Shown piece by piece: positions 10,948-22,870 of a stretch of 64,000 nucleotides of DNA. Position 1 is the first letter of the stretch, and the number at the start of each line of letters is the position of its first letter. This DNA is from Camelus dromedarius (taxonomy: Eukaryota), in contig NC_087447.1 of the NCBI RefSeq assembly GCF_036321535.1, forward strand, positions 45,944,001 to 46,008,000, written 5' to 3'. The notes under the pieces are model-generated. The model ran no database searches. It was not told where the DNA came from and saw only the letters and a list, made by a program, of their open reading frames with translations. The position numbers and the translations under genes are program-made.

Positions 10948-13917
10948 GACATCAATGTGACCTAGGCATGAGGAGGGGACTTGTGAGATCCTGATGGATG
11001 TCTTCCTAAAAATATAGTGACAAGGATTAGAATCTGACTTTCCTGGGAGTAGAGCCATTTTATCTTCACATGGGTGGGAGAGACTGTCAGAGAGGACTGA
11101 AACCCTGAAATTACTGCTCCAAGGAATATCTACTGGCCCAAAAGAAAAGACTCACCCAAGTCAGATAAGTCCCATATTCAATTTAAAGCACACACTGGAG
11201 TGCCAATGCATTGTTAGTAAAATGTATTGCTTCCCCTGTTCTCTTCTCTCTCTTTCTAATCAATTCCTACAAGCTTTTGAGTTAGAGGCTGAGGACACAG
11301 TAACTAAGACAGAATTGATATAAAGTATAAATTGGTTGATTCCTCACAAAGGATGCCATGTCCACCCATCACACTGCTTTTGCCCGGAACTCTCATGAAG
11401 ACAACAGATTGCTTATATAGGGCGGGGCTAGAAATGCCCAGGCCTTCTTTTAACCATAACCCTCCTTCATTTCCTCTGAGCCTGGATGTGGCCTCAGAAT
11501 CATTCTCAACCCAGGAGCCTCAGACTGCCACTTCTAATCACGGGAAATGAAAGGTACTTGATGTGTCAAATCTAATGAAATCTTAGTAGAAGGGTAAGTA
11601 AGTTATATTTAGGAAAGCGACAACAGCAATTCTTTGTTTTAGACTAACGTATTTCGTCCAAAAGGAAGTGAAGTCCCCAAGGCTCACCCCAATCAGGATC
11701 ATCTGGAAATTGGATTACTAAGGCACAGTGAGCATTCACAGTGCCTTGTTACACTCAGAGAGTCAGTATAGAGGCCCTAGTAGAGATCTGGAAGACATGC
11801 TCATATGACCAGAATCAGTAACTACACTTATTCCAAAGGGCCCCCTGAGGGACTCAATCAACTTTCTACATGAATGCCAATTCGAGGTAGAGCATACTGT
11901 CCTTGAGAAGCTCTCAAACCTTAAGACACTCCTCAGCTGCCTTCGTCAATTGATTAGAATCAAGTTGACTAAGAGGCAAGGGAGTGTTAGGAACATAGAC
12001 TCCAGATCCACACGTCTTGTAATCGAATTCTAGCTTCCCCTGCTCCTCAGTCTAGCCCTATCTATGTAACACATGCACAACAGTGCCTACTCCATAGGAG
12101 CAGTGTGAGGAATATAACCGAGAGGCCTTAGTAAGCAAACGGCGTGCTTTTTTATTGTGAGCACTGGGAGCACATCCCCATGTTCTCAGTGCTGGTACTG
12201 GGTTTTTCATTTGCTTCTTTCTTGTTTTTTGTTTTGTTTCTTTGTCTGTTTTGGATTTTTTGGCCAGCGTTTGTTGCAGTTCGTGGAAGTGAAAACTGAT
12301 GGATTCTCTTCTATCAGCAAAGAATCACATTTGCTTTTATGTCCCTTATAATTTTTGAATTATTCACCCTCTGCTCTGCAAATATCGAGTGCCTCAGCCC
12401 CAGGCAATGTATACATCTCTGGCTGATGGATGCTTGTGTGGAATCACAAACATATCATAACTGTTTCTGAAATCTCCCAAAACATCCTCTTTCAAAGATT
12501 TCTGATTCAGATTTTCCCAGCCGTAGCCAGGGCATTTTTTCTATTTTTATAAAGTATTCATTTCTTTCCATTGCTCTTATGTAAGATAGTTAGCTGTTGG
12601 TTCAAAAGACTCTGGCCTTTTAGGCAGCATCCATTTTCTGCCCTCCCAGTAAACTTTTGTTTTAGTTTTTTGTTTGTTTTAGTGAGTTTTGAGAAAGAAA
12701 ATGTTTATTAAGTTTTTCAAGTGATTGTAATGGAGTGGAAATGAGAGAAAATTTTAAGAGGTAAACAAATGAAAGAGGGGGAAAGAAAATAAAGTGGGGA
12801 GAGAAGGAGAGAAAAGGAATAAAAAGAGAATAACATAAATTCCAAGAATAGCAGAAGTAAAAGCTGACCTATTTCACATTTTACTAACAAAGACATCGAA
12901 GCCTAGCTAAAGAAAATGACTTGCCCTGAGTCAAAAACCTAGTTAGTAGGAAAACAGATGAGAAGAGAGGAGAAAGGAAAATTATTACTAAGTGCACTGG
13001 GAGCATGAGGGTTCAATTAGAGGAGACAAAGTCAAAATTACATCTCCTGGCCAAGATGCTTATTCGCTAATACATGTCCTTAAATTTTGTTCTTCATCAG
13101 TATTGCCCAGAATCTAGAAAACAGGTAAAGTTCAAATCTATCCCCTGAAGATTAGGCTCTTAGATCCCAAGTTCTTCTTTTGAAAGTTTCACCTAGTCCT
13201 GATCCTCTGCTGTCCATACTGCCACATTTATGGAAAAACAAACTGTGTAAAGTGTTTTATTTCTGCCCCATAGGCTTCCACAAGCTATATGACCTCATTA
13301 TAGATCCCAAGTTGAAGGAGAGGGGAACAATTAAACAAAATTATAAAATTTCTCTACTATGTGAAGACATATGATAGGCAGGCAGGACCTAAGGAGACAG
13401 GAAGAAAAGCCTTCCTGACCTAGAGAGTAATTGTGACCACCCTTCACCTGATGGTAGAGCCATAAATTCCCTTCTCAAGAGGAAAATCCCCAAACTCCAA
13501 TCATTCTAGGGTTCTAGATGAAAAAAATTTTTAAGTCCAATATCTTACTGATACAGAAACATTCATGCAGTATTCTATAGATGACATTTCTGCCTATTAG
13601 TTCCAGTGACTGGGAGTTCCCTAATTTCTAAGGTGATGCACTCAGCACAAAGGATCAGACACCTGTCCACCTCTTAGAAAAAGGTGACTTACTAACCAAG
13701 AGTTTAAAGAAGTCTTTGCATCTTTCCCTTAAAGCCAGCACAAATGAGAAACTAGGCAAGAATGCAAGGAATGAAGTGCTTGGGTTGGAGAATAAAAGAC
13801 AAAAGAGAGATAAGGGGACACAAAAAGAAGTGGTTGGGGGACCATCTGAAACTTTAGTAATGATATCTTAAGATATTCTGTTGATAAGGCAGTTGTATCC
13901 TCTGATTTTGCTCTCAA

Positions 13918-14165
13918 ACTTACCTTGTTGCTCAGAGTATCCCTAGCTGGAAGACGGTTCTCTAGCAGCCTGAGGCTTACTGGGCAAAACCATTAGTTAC
14001 ATGAGGACTTTAATATCCCGAGCTGCCCCAAAACTCCTCCCCTACCATACCAAGGAGAGTTTCACAGATCAGTGAACAGGCTTATTCCCTGGAGCTTCCA
14101 AGATCGAGGAGGTCTCTCCAGGGCTGAAAAATCACCTCCTAGATTCTCATGTCTGGGAATTAAGA
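13918..14165 (-). promoter_or_regulatory. Putative promoter and first non-coding exon of the minus-strand OR51H gene
   Basis: Consensus donor AAG|GTAAGT on the minus strand (intron starts 13923), O/E-like TTCCCTGGAG at 14085-14094 and nearby TAAT cores, ~3 kb upstream of the CDS. Confidence 0.4.
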
Positions 14166-15407
14166 TAGTATTGGGGAGGTTAGTAGGAAAATGTGTGTGT
14201 GTGTGTGTGTTTGAAGGTTGGGGGGTTTCAAAGGCTGGTCAGTACCCAATCACACTCTGTTAGGGCCATCTTAGCCATCTCACTCTTTCCATGCCCTGAA
14301 ATGAATGACAGTTGCCTTTATTTTTTTCAAAACACAGCAAAAGTAAGAAAAATATTCCAAAGAAAGGTGACTCCATGGTTTTCCCATTCAAAAGAGATTC
14401 TAAAATTGAAATGATTCTCTAATGAATAAAGTTTTCCTGATATTTCACCTGTGTATTTTCAGTTTTCAGTATCAACTTAATAAGTCTAATCGTGCTCTGT
14501 GCAAAAGGAAGGCAAGAGGCTCTTGAGGGAGCCATTAATAAACAGAAAGGACAACAAATTTTCCACAATATCCGATTATCATCTGCAGATAATTCTACTG
14601 TCCCTACTTGCCCTCTGAATAATAATAATAGCATCATCAGTAGCAGTAACATTAATAATAGCAGTAGTAACATCTAGTATAATATCTGAGCATTATCAGT
14701 CATACGTTTGCTTTATACATCACCATCATGCCTTCAACATTCCTGTGACGTGGATATGGTATTATCATCCTTATCATTCCAAAGAGAAAAGAGGATCACA
14801 CTGGGGACTGACCCAGATCCTTGACATAATTGTAATAATTTAGCTGTAGAAATTACTCAGGATAGAAATAACAGAGCAGGGGCTCCTCACTGCCCCAGGT
14901 GTGTTCTGGACTTCCTGATGTTGACAGCTGATTTATAATATGATATCATTTTAGGTGTACAGCATAGTGACTCAGAATTTTTGCTGATTAAGCTCCATTA
15001 AAAGTCATTACAAGATAATGACTATAATTCTCTGTGCTATACAATAAATATATCCTTGTTGCTTACCTCTTAGATGCTTCTTGAACTATACCCACACTTA
15101 CCCTTTTCTTCTCAGCCTTTCAGTAAATTGCCTTTTCCCAAGTTCAGTAGTAACCTCACTCCAGTCCCAGTGTCTTTGACTTCATTTCCTACCCGATCAC
15201 TTGCTTTTCTCATTCTACCTTCTTTTTTGACAATTGAATTCATATACACATATTACATAATATATATGCATATAAAAATTCAATATATAATATTATATAC
15301 ACATATATTCAACTCCATATATAAGCAGATTTCTTCCAGACCTGTATCTCTGATACTGATCCTTATGATAAGTTCCAGAAAATTATATGTATCTGCCTGG
15401 TGGCCAC

Positions 15408-15906
15408 TGCAGGGACAGAAAACTTTTTCCTTCTTCCCATCTAGGTTCTTTGGATGGTCTAATAATTAAATTAACATAAAACAAATTAACAGGAGAAAAA
15501 CAAATTTAATTTGTATATATGAGAGCCCATAAAAAATATGAGACTCAAAGAAGTGACCACAGCAGGCAAGTTTTATAACTTTTACACAAGGAGACAATAA
15601 ATTTGTGAAGAATTAACAAGACAAAGGGGTTTGGGCTTGGGTTAGTAAATTGGTGAAGAAGTAACAAGGATTGTTTATACAGCCTTTTCAGCCCTAAATT
15701 TCCTGTCCCTGGTGATAAGGATGGTTTTTACTCTCCTGGTGCAGAGAGGGTATATTTCACATGGGAGATTTACTTCCTGCTTTTAGAGGGACAGAGGAGG
15801 GTCAGATGACCATTCTTGCACTGGCTATTTCTTAAGTAACTTTTATTCAAAATAATCCTTATGCTGAAATGGGATGTTTGGAGGTGGCATTTTCTGCTCC
15901 CTTTCA
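15408..15906. mobile_element. ERV1-type solo LTR, ~500 bp
   Basis: TG...CA termini with flanks ccac/ccat (4-bp TSD, one mismatch). Homologous to 47450-47929. Confidence 0.75.
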
Positions 15907-16769
15907 CCATCTTCGTCTCCACTGTGCTACACATACTTAGCAAAATCAGTAAGTCCAGAACTTTAAAAAGAAAATTTACGTTTCTCTCCCATACTTTAAC
16001 TGCCTATTTCTTTAACCTTTATGTCTCAGTCCCTAATTCAAACCATCTAGTCATGTAAATTAGTAAAATATAACTCATTCAATAAAGCATAAGTCCTGAC
16101 AATTTCACCTCTTAAATATTTCTATTGTTGCTCCTATCTCTCCATGTGTTACAGTGTTATACAACTCCAGACCCTCTATTTCTTCTACATGGACTTTTTC
16201 AATAACATTTTAACTTTCTTATTCGCAAAAAAATAAATTTCTTTGCTTATTCTTGTTTTTCTTTTTCTTGTTTATTCTTTCTCTTAGCTTTGAGTGAGAA
16301 ATGAGGTTTCTCTTAAGTCTTGTCAATTTTTCTAGAAAATATTACTCTAATAATATTTGGCACTAACCAGTTTTGAATTAAACATATCTCTTATTACACT
16401 TAGGTAAATAATTTAATTGCCACATAAATTTGATTTTTTTATGAAAGCCTTATGAAAAATCATTTTCATGAGCAGTCTAAGATGCATTTGTAATAATTTG
16501 TAAGCCTATATAATACATCTTGTCTATCCTTAAGCAGTTTTCATAATGTCAAGATAATTTTTAGCTTTCATAAAAGTGTATATTTTTTCTAACACATAGT
16601 TTCTTATTGACTCATTCTTAATACATTTCTGAGGCATTTTGGAAACTGGATTATTAGATTTGTCAAACACAGATACTTCAACCCATAACCCAGTATTGTA
16701 TGATCAAGGTGACCAAAAAGTATTTGTTATATTAAAAAAAAAAAAAAAAAAAAGACAGGATGGACAGCT

Positions 16770-17005
16770 CGGTGCTCCACTAGGTGGCCTCTCTCCATTG
16801 CTCTGCAGTCTCCGGCTGCGCGTGCGCAGGCCGAGCGTCCGATGTAATGGGCCGTAGTGGTTGGCGCTACCGGCCGCGTTGGCCCACTGGTCTCGCGCTG
16901 AGGGAATGCCGGGCGCCGAAAACCTTCCCCGGAGCCTCGCGGCCCAGGGCCAGCCGTGCTCCTCCTGTCCGCAGGCCTGGGGCCAGCGGGCAGCGACGGC
17001 GGGGA
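16770..17005. promoter_or_regulatory. Small CpG island with CTCF and NRF1 motifs
   Basis: About 27 CpGs by hand count in ~235 bp within CpG-depleted DNA. CCACTAGGTGGC at 16777-16788; TGCGCGTGCGCA at 16817-16828. Confidence 0.75.
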
Positions 17006-17089
17006 ATGGCAGGATGGAAGAACAGAGGAAGGAGAGAAAATATAAGAAAATGGAAGAAAAGACAGAAGGATATAAGAAAAGAATGAGCC

Positions 17090-17839
17090 TCGAAAGGTAC
17101 ATTTTATTTAAAATTATTAAAAAGTTTACAGCTTTATGATACTTTTAAATTTTATGTCCACTGAAATTCACTTTCTTTTGTACAACTCTATGAGGTTTGG
17201 CACCTAATCCAGATAGGGAAGAGTTCCGTCAACCCAGAACATTCCCTCATGGGACCCCTTTGTAGTCGACGCCTTCACCCATCAAAAGCCCTAAGGCGAC
17301 CACTGACGCTGTCTAACCCTATAATTTTGGTTCATTATACAGTATGTAATCTTTCAAACTGAATTCTTATATTTAACATAGTGTATTTTATATTTGTCCA
17401 TGTTATTACTGAACAGTATTCCTTCGTATGGACGTCCATTGTGTAGACATAGGTGATATTCTGTTTATGCATTCAGCAGTTGAAGGAACTTTAGTTATAA
17501 ATAAAGCTGCTATAAGCACTCATGTTTAGGTTTTTTATGTACATAAGTTTTCTTTTAGTTAAATACCTAACTAAATGGATTCCTCAGTCATATGTTAAGT
17601 ATATGTTTAATTTAGCAAGAAAATATCAAATTGTTTTTCAGAGTGTTTGTGCTGTTTTGCGTTTCCATCACCAATGTATGAAAGTTTTAGTTGCCTTGCA
17701 TTCTGACCTCAAATTATCTCCCTATCATTCCAATAGGTATATAGTGGCATCTCATCATGGTAGTTTTAATTTGTGCCTCCTTAATAACTAACATGTAATG
17801 TTGAGCCTCTTTTTTGTCATATATATATGTGTATATATA

Positions 17840-17872
<33 letters not shown>

Positions 17873-19170
17873 CTGGCATATGTTTGCCGTATCTCTCTCT
17901 CTCTCTCTTCTTTGGTGAAGTGTCTGTTCAAATTTTTTGCCATTATTTCTTTTTGGGTTACTTTTTTTTTTTTCCTTGTTGTAGAATTTATGAAGTTTTC
18001 ATTTTAGTATGTATTCTGGATAAAAAGCTTTTGTTGTTTATGTGATTTGTGAATGTTTTCTCTTAGCCTATGTCTTGCTTTTTCATTCTGTTAACAGTGT
18101 CTTTAAGTATTTGTGTAAAATTTTTGATGAAATATACTTTATTTTTCTTTTATATGTTGTGGTTTTGGTGTCTAATATAAGAATGGTTTATTTGTGCAAC
18201 AAAAAGTCTCAAATGTATTCTCATATGTTCTCTTCTAAAAGTTTTATATTATTATGATTTACTTTTAGGCTTTTTTTTGGTCAAAAATCAATTGAACATA
18301 TTTCTGTAGGCTTATTTCTAGATTCTGAATACTGTTTCACTGATTTATGTATCTATCCTTTTGCCAAAACCATATCCTCTTGATTACTGTAGCTTTATAG
18401 AAAGTCTAGAAGTCAAGTACTGTGGGTCTTTGAACTTTGCTCTTCTTTTTCAAAATTGTTTTGTCTGTATTAGTTCCTTTGACTTTCCATATACAGTTTA
18501 GAATTGGCTTTTCTGTATCTACAAAAAGCAGTGCTGAGATTTTGATCGAAATTGTATTAGATCTTTAGAACAATTTGGGTAGAATTGACATCTTAATAAT
18601 GAGTCTTATAATTCAGTCTCTTCATTTTTTTTAGTCGTCTTTGATTTACTTTAGCAATGCTATATAGTTTTCACCATAATACTGCACAAATTTTGTTAGA
18701 TATATACCCAAGTATGTCATTTTGATGCTATTGTAAATGGTACTTTAAAAATTCACTTCCAATTATCTATTGCAAGGATGTAGAAATATCACTGATTTTT
18801 ATATAGTGGCATATATCCTGTGATCTTGCCAAGTTTATCTTTAAGTTCTAGAAATATTTTCAGAATTATTGGGATTTTTTTATATGGACTGGCGTGGTAT
18901 CTGAACAGACAGTTTGATTTCTTTCATTTCAGTCTGTATGTATCTGCCTCCTTTGTTTCTCTCTCATTGCACTGACTAGGAATTCAAGTACAATGTTGTG
19001 TGAGTGTTGGGAGACATACTCTTCTTTTCTGTCCTAATTTCAGGGAGAAAGCATTAAGCCTTTCATCATTAAGAGGTTAGCTAGAAGGCTTTCTGTAGAT
19101 GTCTTTTATGGAATTATGGAAGTTCCCCTTATATTCCTAATTTGTTAGGAGTTTTTGCCATGAATGTATG
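17090..19170 (-). mobile_element. Old L1M fragment (ORF2 3' part and 3' UTR), degenerate
   Basis: T-rich antisense L1 signatures, e.g. ggtgaagtgtctgttcaaat, cttgattactgtagctttatag and agaattgacatcttaataat. Confidence 0.8.
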
Positions 19171-22100
19171 TTGGATTCAGCATGCCATCACTGGATTTGA
19201 AGATGGAGGAGACTACATACAAGGGTCAGAGCAGCCTCTAGGATACGAGAGTGACACCCAGTCAACAGCCAACAATAAGCTAGGAAGCGTGCAGACTGAG
19301 TCTGGTTTGCCTTTTCTATCATGCAGCTCTTTTGGGCTTGAGGCAAGCTGTTTTATGGTGAGAATATTGGATTCCATTGCCACATATATTTGGGGGAATA
19401 CTAGCTAATAGGGAGCTAGTATAAATTGATATTAATACTGCATTGATTACTAGCACACTTGCTCACTCTTGTATTGATGTGTATCAGATGTAAGAATGTG
19501 TCATAAAACTTGAAGTGAATCATTGCTCTAAGTGCTACATTTCTGTGACAACAATGGCAGTGGGCAAAAATGGTATTTACTGACTTTCTGGTTTTTTTTC
19601 TAAACAATTTTATGCTCAAACCTTTTGAGTTGCTTCACAAATCAGAAATTTCCCTCTTGGGTTTCAGCCCAGGAAGTTTGGAATGAACGTTTTTTTCAAA
19701 AGAAGAGAGAATGGGACTGAGATTACTTAGACAACATGGTCTGTCATGGTCATATCTATTTTGACTGTACCAACTTTTTCCTTCTGGGGCTTTCTTCTTT
19801 TCTCATCGCCTTTTCTGGGGAATTCTGTACCTGGATAGAACAAAGACTCTGAGTGAGTTCCCAGAAAAGGTAGCTGTAACTTTTCTTTTTTTTCCTTTTC
19901 TGTTTGAGCTTGGCTTTTTTTCCTTTCTTTGGGGGCCTTTCACTCCTAGCATGCAAGATACAAGTTTTATTTTTTACCTAACTGTGAATGCTTCTTTAAA
20001 GTAATTTTCAGCTGTTTGGTTTGCTTGTAAGCATTTAAAGGTTAAGTGTGTCAGGCACTGTAACTTCTGTTGCAATTTACACCTTCCCTTTCTGACCTAT
20101 GTGATGTGACCAACATGCAACTACAGCATCATTTGCTCTGTCACCATGTACCTCCCAGAGAGCAAGAAATGTTGAAAGGAAGGGTGAAGTAAATGTTCTA
20201 GAACAGAAAAACAGATGTGTACTCTATATCGTTTCTTCTGCATTATCATCTGGAAATAATGACCCCACTAAATTCCATAATTGTGTTGTACTTTGCTATT
20301 AGTAAAGGAAATATTTTGTAGTCAAAAGGAACATACATTCTCCAAGAGTAAATATTAAGCCACTTGATCTTCTATGAATACTTCTTTGTTACTAAATTCG
20401 AAGTCTTTGTTTTTCTGACTTACAGTTACCTCTCTTAAAATGTTTGAATGATAAATTTTAGATAGGCCTTGCTATCATGACTTAGCAGCTGCATCGCATA
20501 ATCAGGTCTCTATTGTACAGTAGAAAGTGAAAACAAAGCATATTAAACCTTTAGATTATCTAGTAATTAATGTCTCTAGTCTCTGTCCCATTGCACTGAG
20601 CAATTAAGAATAATAATCTTATGTGTAAATAGACTATACTATGTTTTTCTCCCCCCTTAATACTAACTCCACTGTGTAGGCACCAGTGGAATAAGAACAG
20701 AGCTTTGTGTTTTTGACAACTATATTGCATGTTCATTTTGTTTGTTTGTGTAGTTTGTTTTAATTTAACAGATATGGGCAATATTTTTTGAAGTTCTTTA
20801 TGTCATTTGTGTGAAAAAATAACATTGAGTTGGGCTTCATTTTCAAAAGCTGTTTATATAACCATGTGTAACGATACCCTTTATCCATCAAATTGTTTAA
20901 GACTTTTTAAAGATACACATATAGAGAAAGAAATCTAATCAAGTGTAACTACTAGTCTCCATAATGATGAAAACTTTGTCTTAATTTTGAGTATCTTTAT
21001 GGAATATGTCATGAACATTTTCTTGAATTAGTGGCTAAAGTTCGAATATTCATTTCAGCATTATCTGGTAGCATCAATTATCAGATGAGATAGTCTGTAA
21101 ATTTTCATTTTGTAGGACAAAAGATGCATTTTAAGGTATTGTTAATAAATGAACATCACTAAAAAGTAGTTGCTATTGGAGTGTCAGAAATATGAGTGAT
21201 ACTCTTAATACTGTAAGATTTTACTTATATAAGGTATCAAAAGTAGTCAAAATTCTATTTTCTGTTTCTTTGGGGAGAGGAAACAGGAGAGCTGTTGTTT
21301 AATGAGTATAGAGTTTCAGATTTGTTAAGACAAGAAAGTTTTGTAGATCTGTTTCAAAACAATGTGAATATAATTAACATCACTGAACCATACACTTAAA
21401 AATGGTTAAGATGATAAATTCGGTTCTATGTTTTTTTAATCACAATAAAAGAGAGATTTAGAAAAGAAATAAAACAAGTATTAAAATAACTACAAGAAAA
21501 GTTAAATGTGTTACGGGCTGCACAAGGAGGTCAGACCAAGACAAGGCTTTTAAAATTAAGAGCATCACTGCCAGCTGATAGGGGCAGGGAAGACTGAGGA
21601 AATTTAATGTAGGAAGTGAAATTTAAATTAGGTCTTAGAGAATCAGTAGGATTTTAGATTGAGGAGTTATTAGGGAGAGTAGTTCAGGCAAAGGGAAGAG
21701 CACATATGAAAGCAGGTAGTTGAGAAGGTTAAAAGCATTTTCAGGAGACAACGCAGTAGCCCCACATGGCTGGTTAATAGGATGAGGGGAGAATAGCGGT
21801 TAAGAGTGGAAAATATTGGAAATAGAATGTTAGGGACTTTGAATGCTTTAAGAATGTGGAATGTTTTCAAGAGGCAGAGAATAAACAACAGAAAAATTCT
21901 GCAGGAGAAAATGACATTATCAGATAAATTCTCTAGAAGAGGAGGGGGCAATAGGGAACGGGAGACAAGGGATGACTCAGCATTAGTGAGAGTTGGGACA
22001 ATAGGATAGAAAGAACAAGCTATGATACGAATAGCATCATAGAGACTCAACAGAGCTTGGCAGAGATTCAGTGATTGGGCAGGACATGGAAAGATAATTT

Positions 22101-22319
22101 TGTAATTTCTTTCCTGACCAACTGGAAGAACCTTATCTATTTTAAGTGTACGCTTCTACAGACAAATGAATATAGTTGTCTCAAGAGGTGTAATAATCAT
22201 GTTTTCTCTACTCCCAAATGCTCTGAAAGGGTACCCTTAAATGGTTTTCCCACTTCCATTTTTGTCTATCAAAGTCCATTCTCCCTCTGTGTGGCAAGTG
22301 GAAGTTGATTTTTAAATCA

Positions 22320-22870
22320 CAAATCACATCTTTATACTTCTCTGCTTTTAAAACACCCAAGGTTTGTTCCTTAGGCTTCAAACAAAAACTCTTAACCATG
22401 TGTGATCTGACACTGTATGGCTTAGCCCTGTAAGGATTTCTGATCCCTTCTTGTGTTAATGCCTCCTCCTTCCTTCTACCTGAGTAAACTGGCCATCTTC
22501 TTGTTCCTCAGTGATGCCAAACTTAGCCTCACTGCCTGAGTGCTTGCTGGAACACGTTTCCTCCATATCTCCACATGGCTAGTTTTTCTCAGTATTTAGG
22601 CCTCAGCTTAAATATCATGTTCAGAAACGTCACCCTTTCTACAGTATTCAGCCACTCTCCATTTATTATCCTATGATCCTTTTCTCTTGGCTTCATAGAC
22701 CTTAGATAGAGCCATCTGTAACTGTTGTAATTGTTTACTCAGCTATTGTCTATCACTCTCCCTACTGGAAGCTCAATAAAAGAAGCAACCTTACCTCCCT
22801 TGTTTACTGCTGTAGCCCAGAATAATACCTGGCATATATCAGGTGCTCAAAAATCATCTGTTGAGAGAAA
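22320..22870 (+). mobile_element. L2 3' fragment (representative; others near 0.1-0.9, 4.8-5.2, 21.6-22.1, 26.4-26.8, 29.4-29.9, 45.4-46.0, 59.9-60.3 and 63.7-64 kb)
   Basis: ggcctcagcttaaatatca...tgtttactgctgtagcccagaataatacctggcatatatcaggtgctcaaaaatcatctgttga. Confidence 0.65.

Noticed and set aside
16639..17139. Four overlapping ORFs across the CpG island
   Set aside because: Expected from GC-rich, stop-poor and low-complexity sequence; no protein family recognisable.
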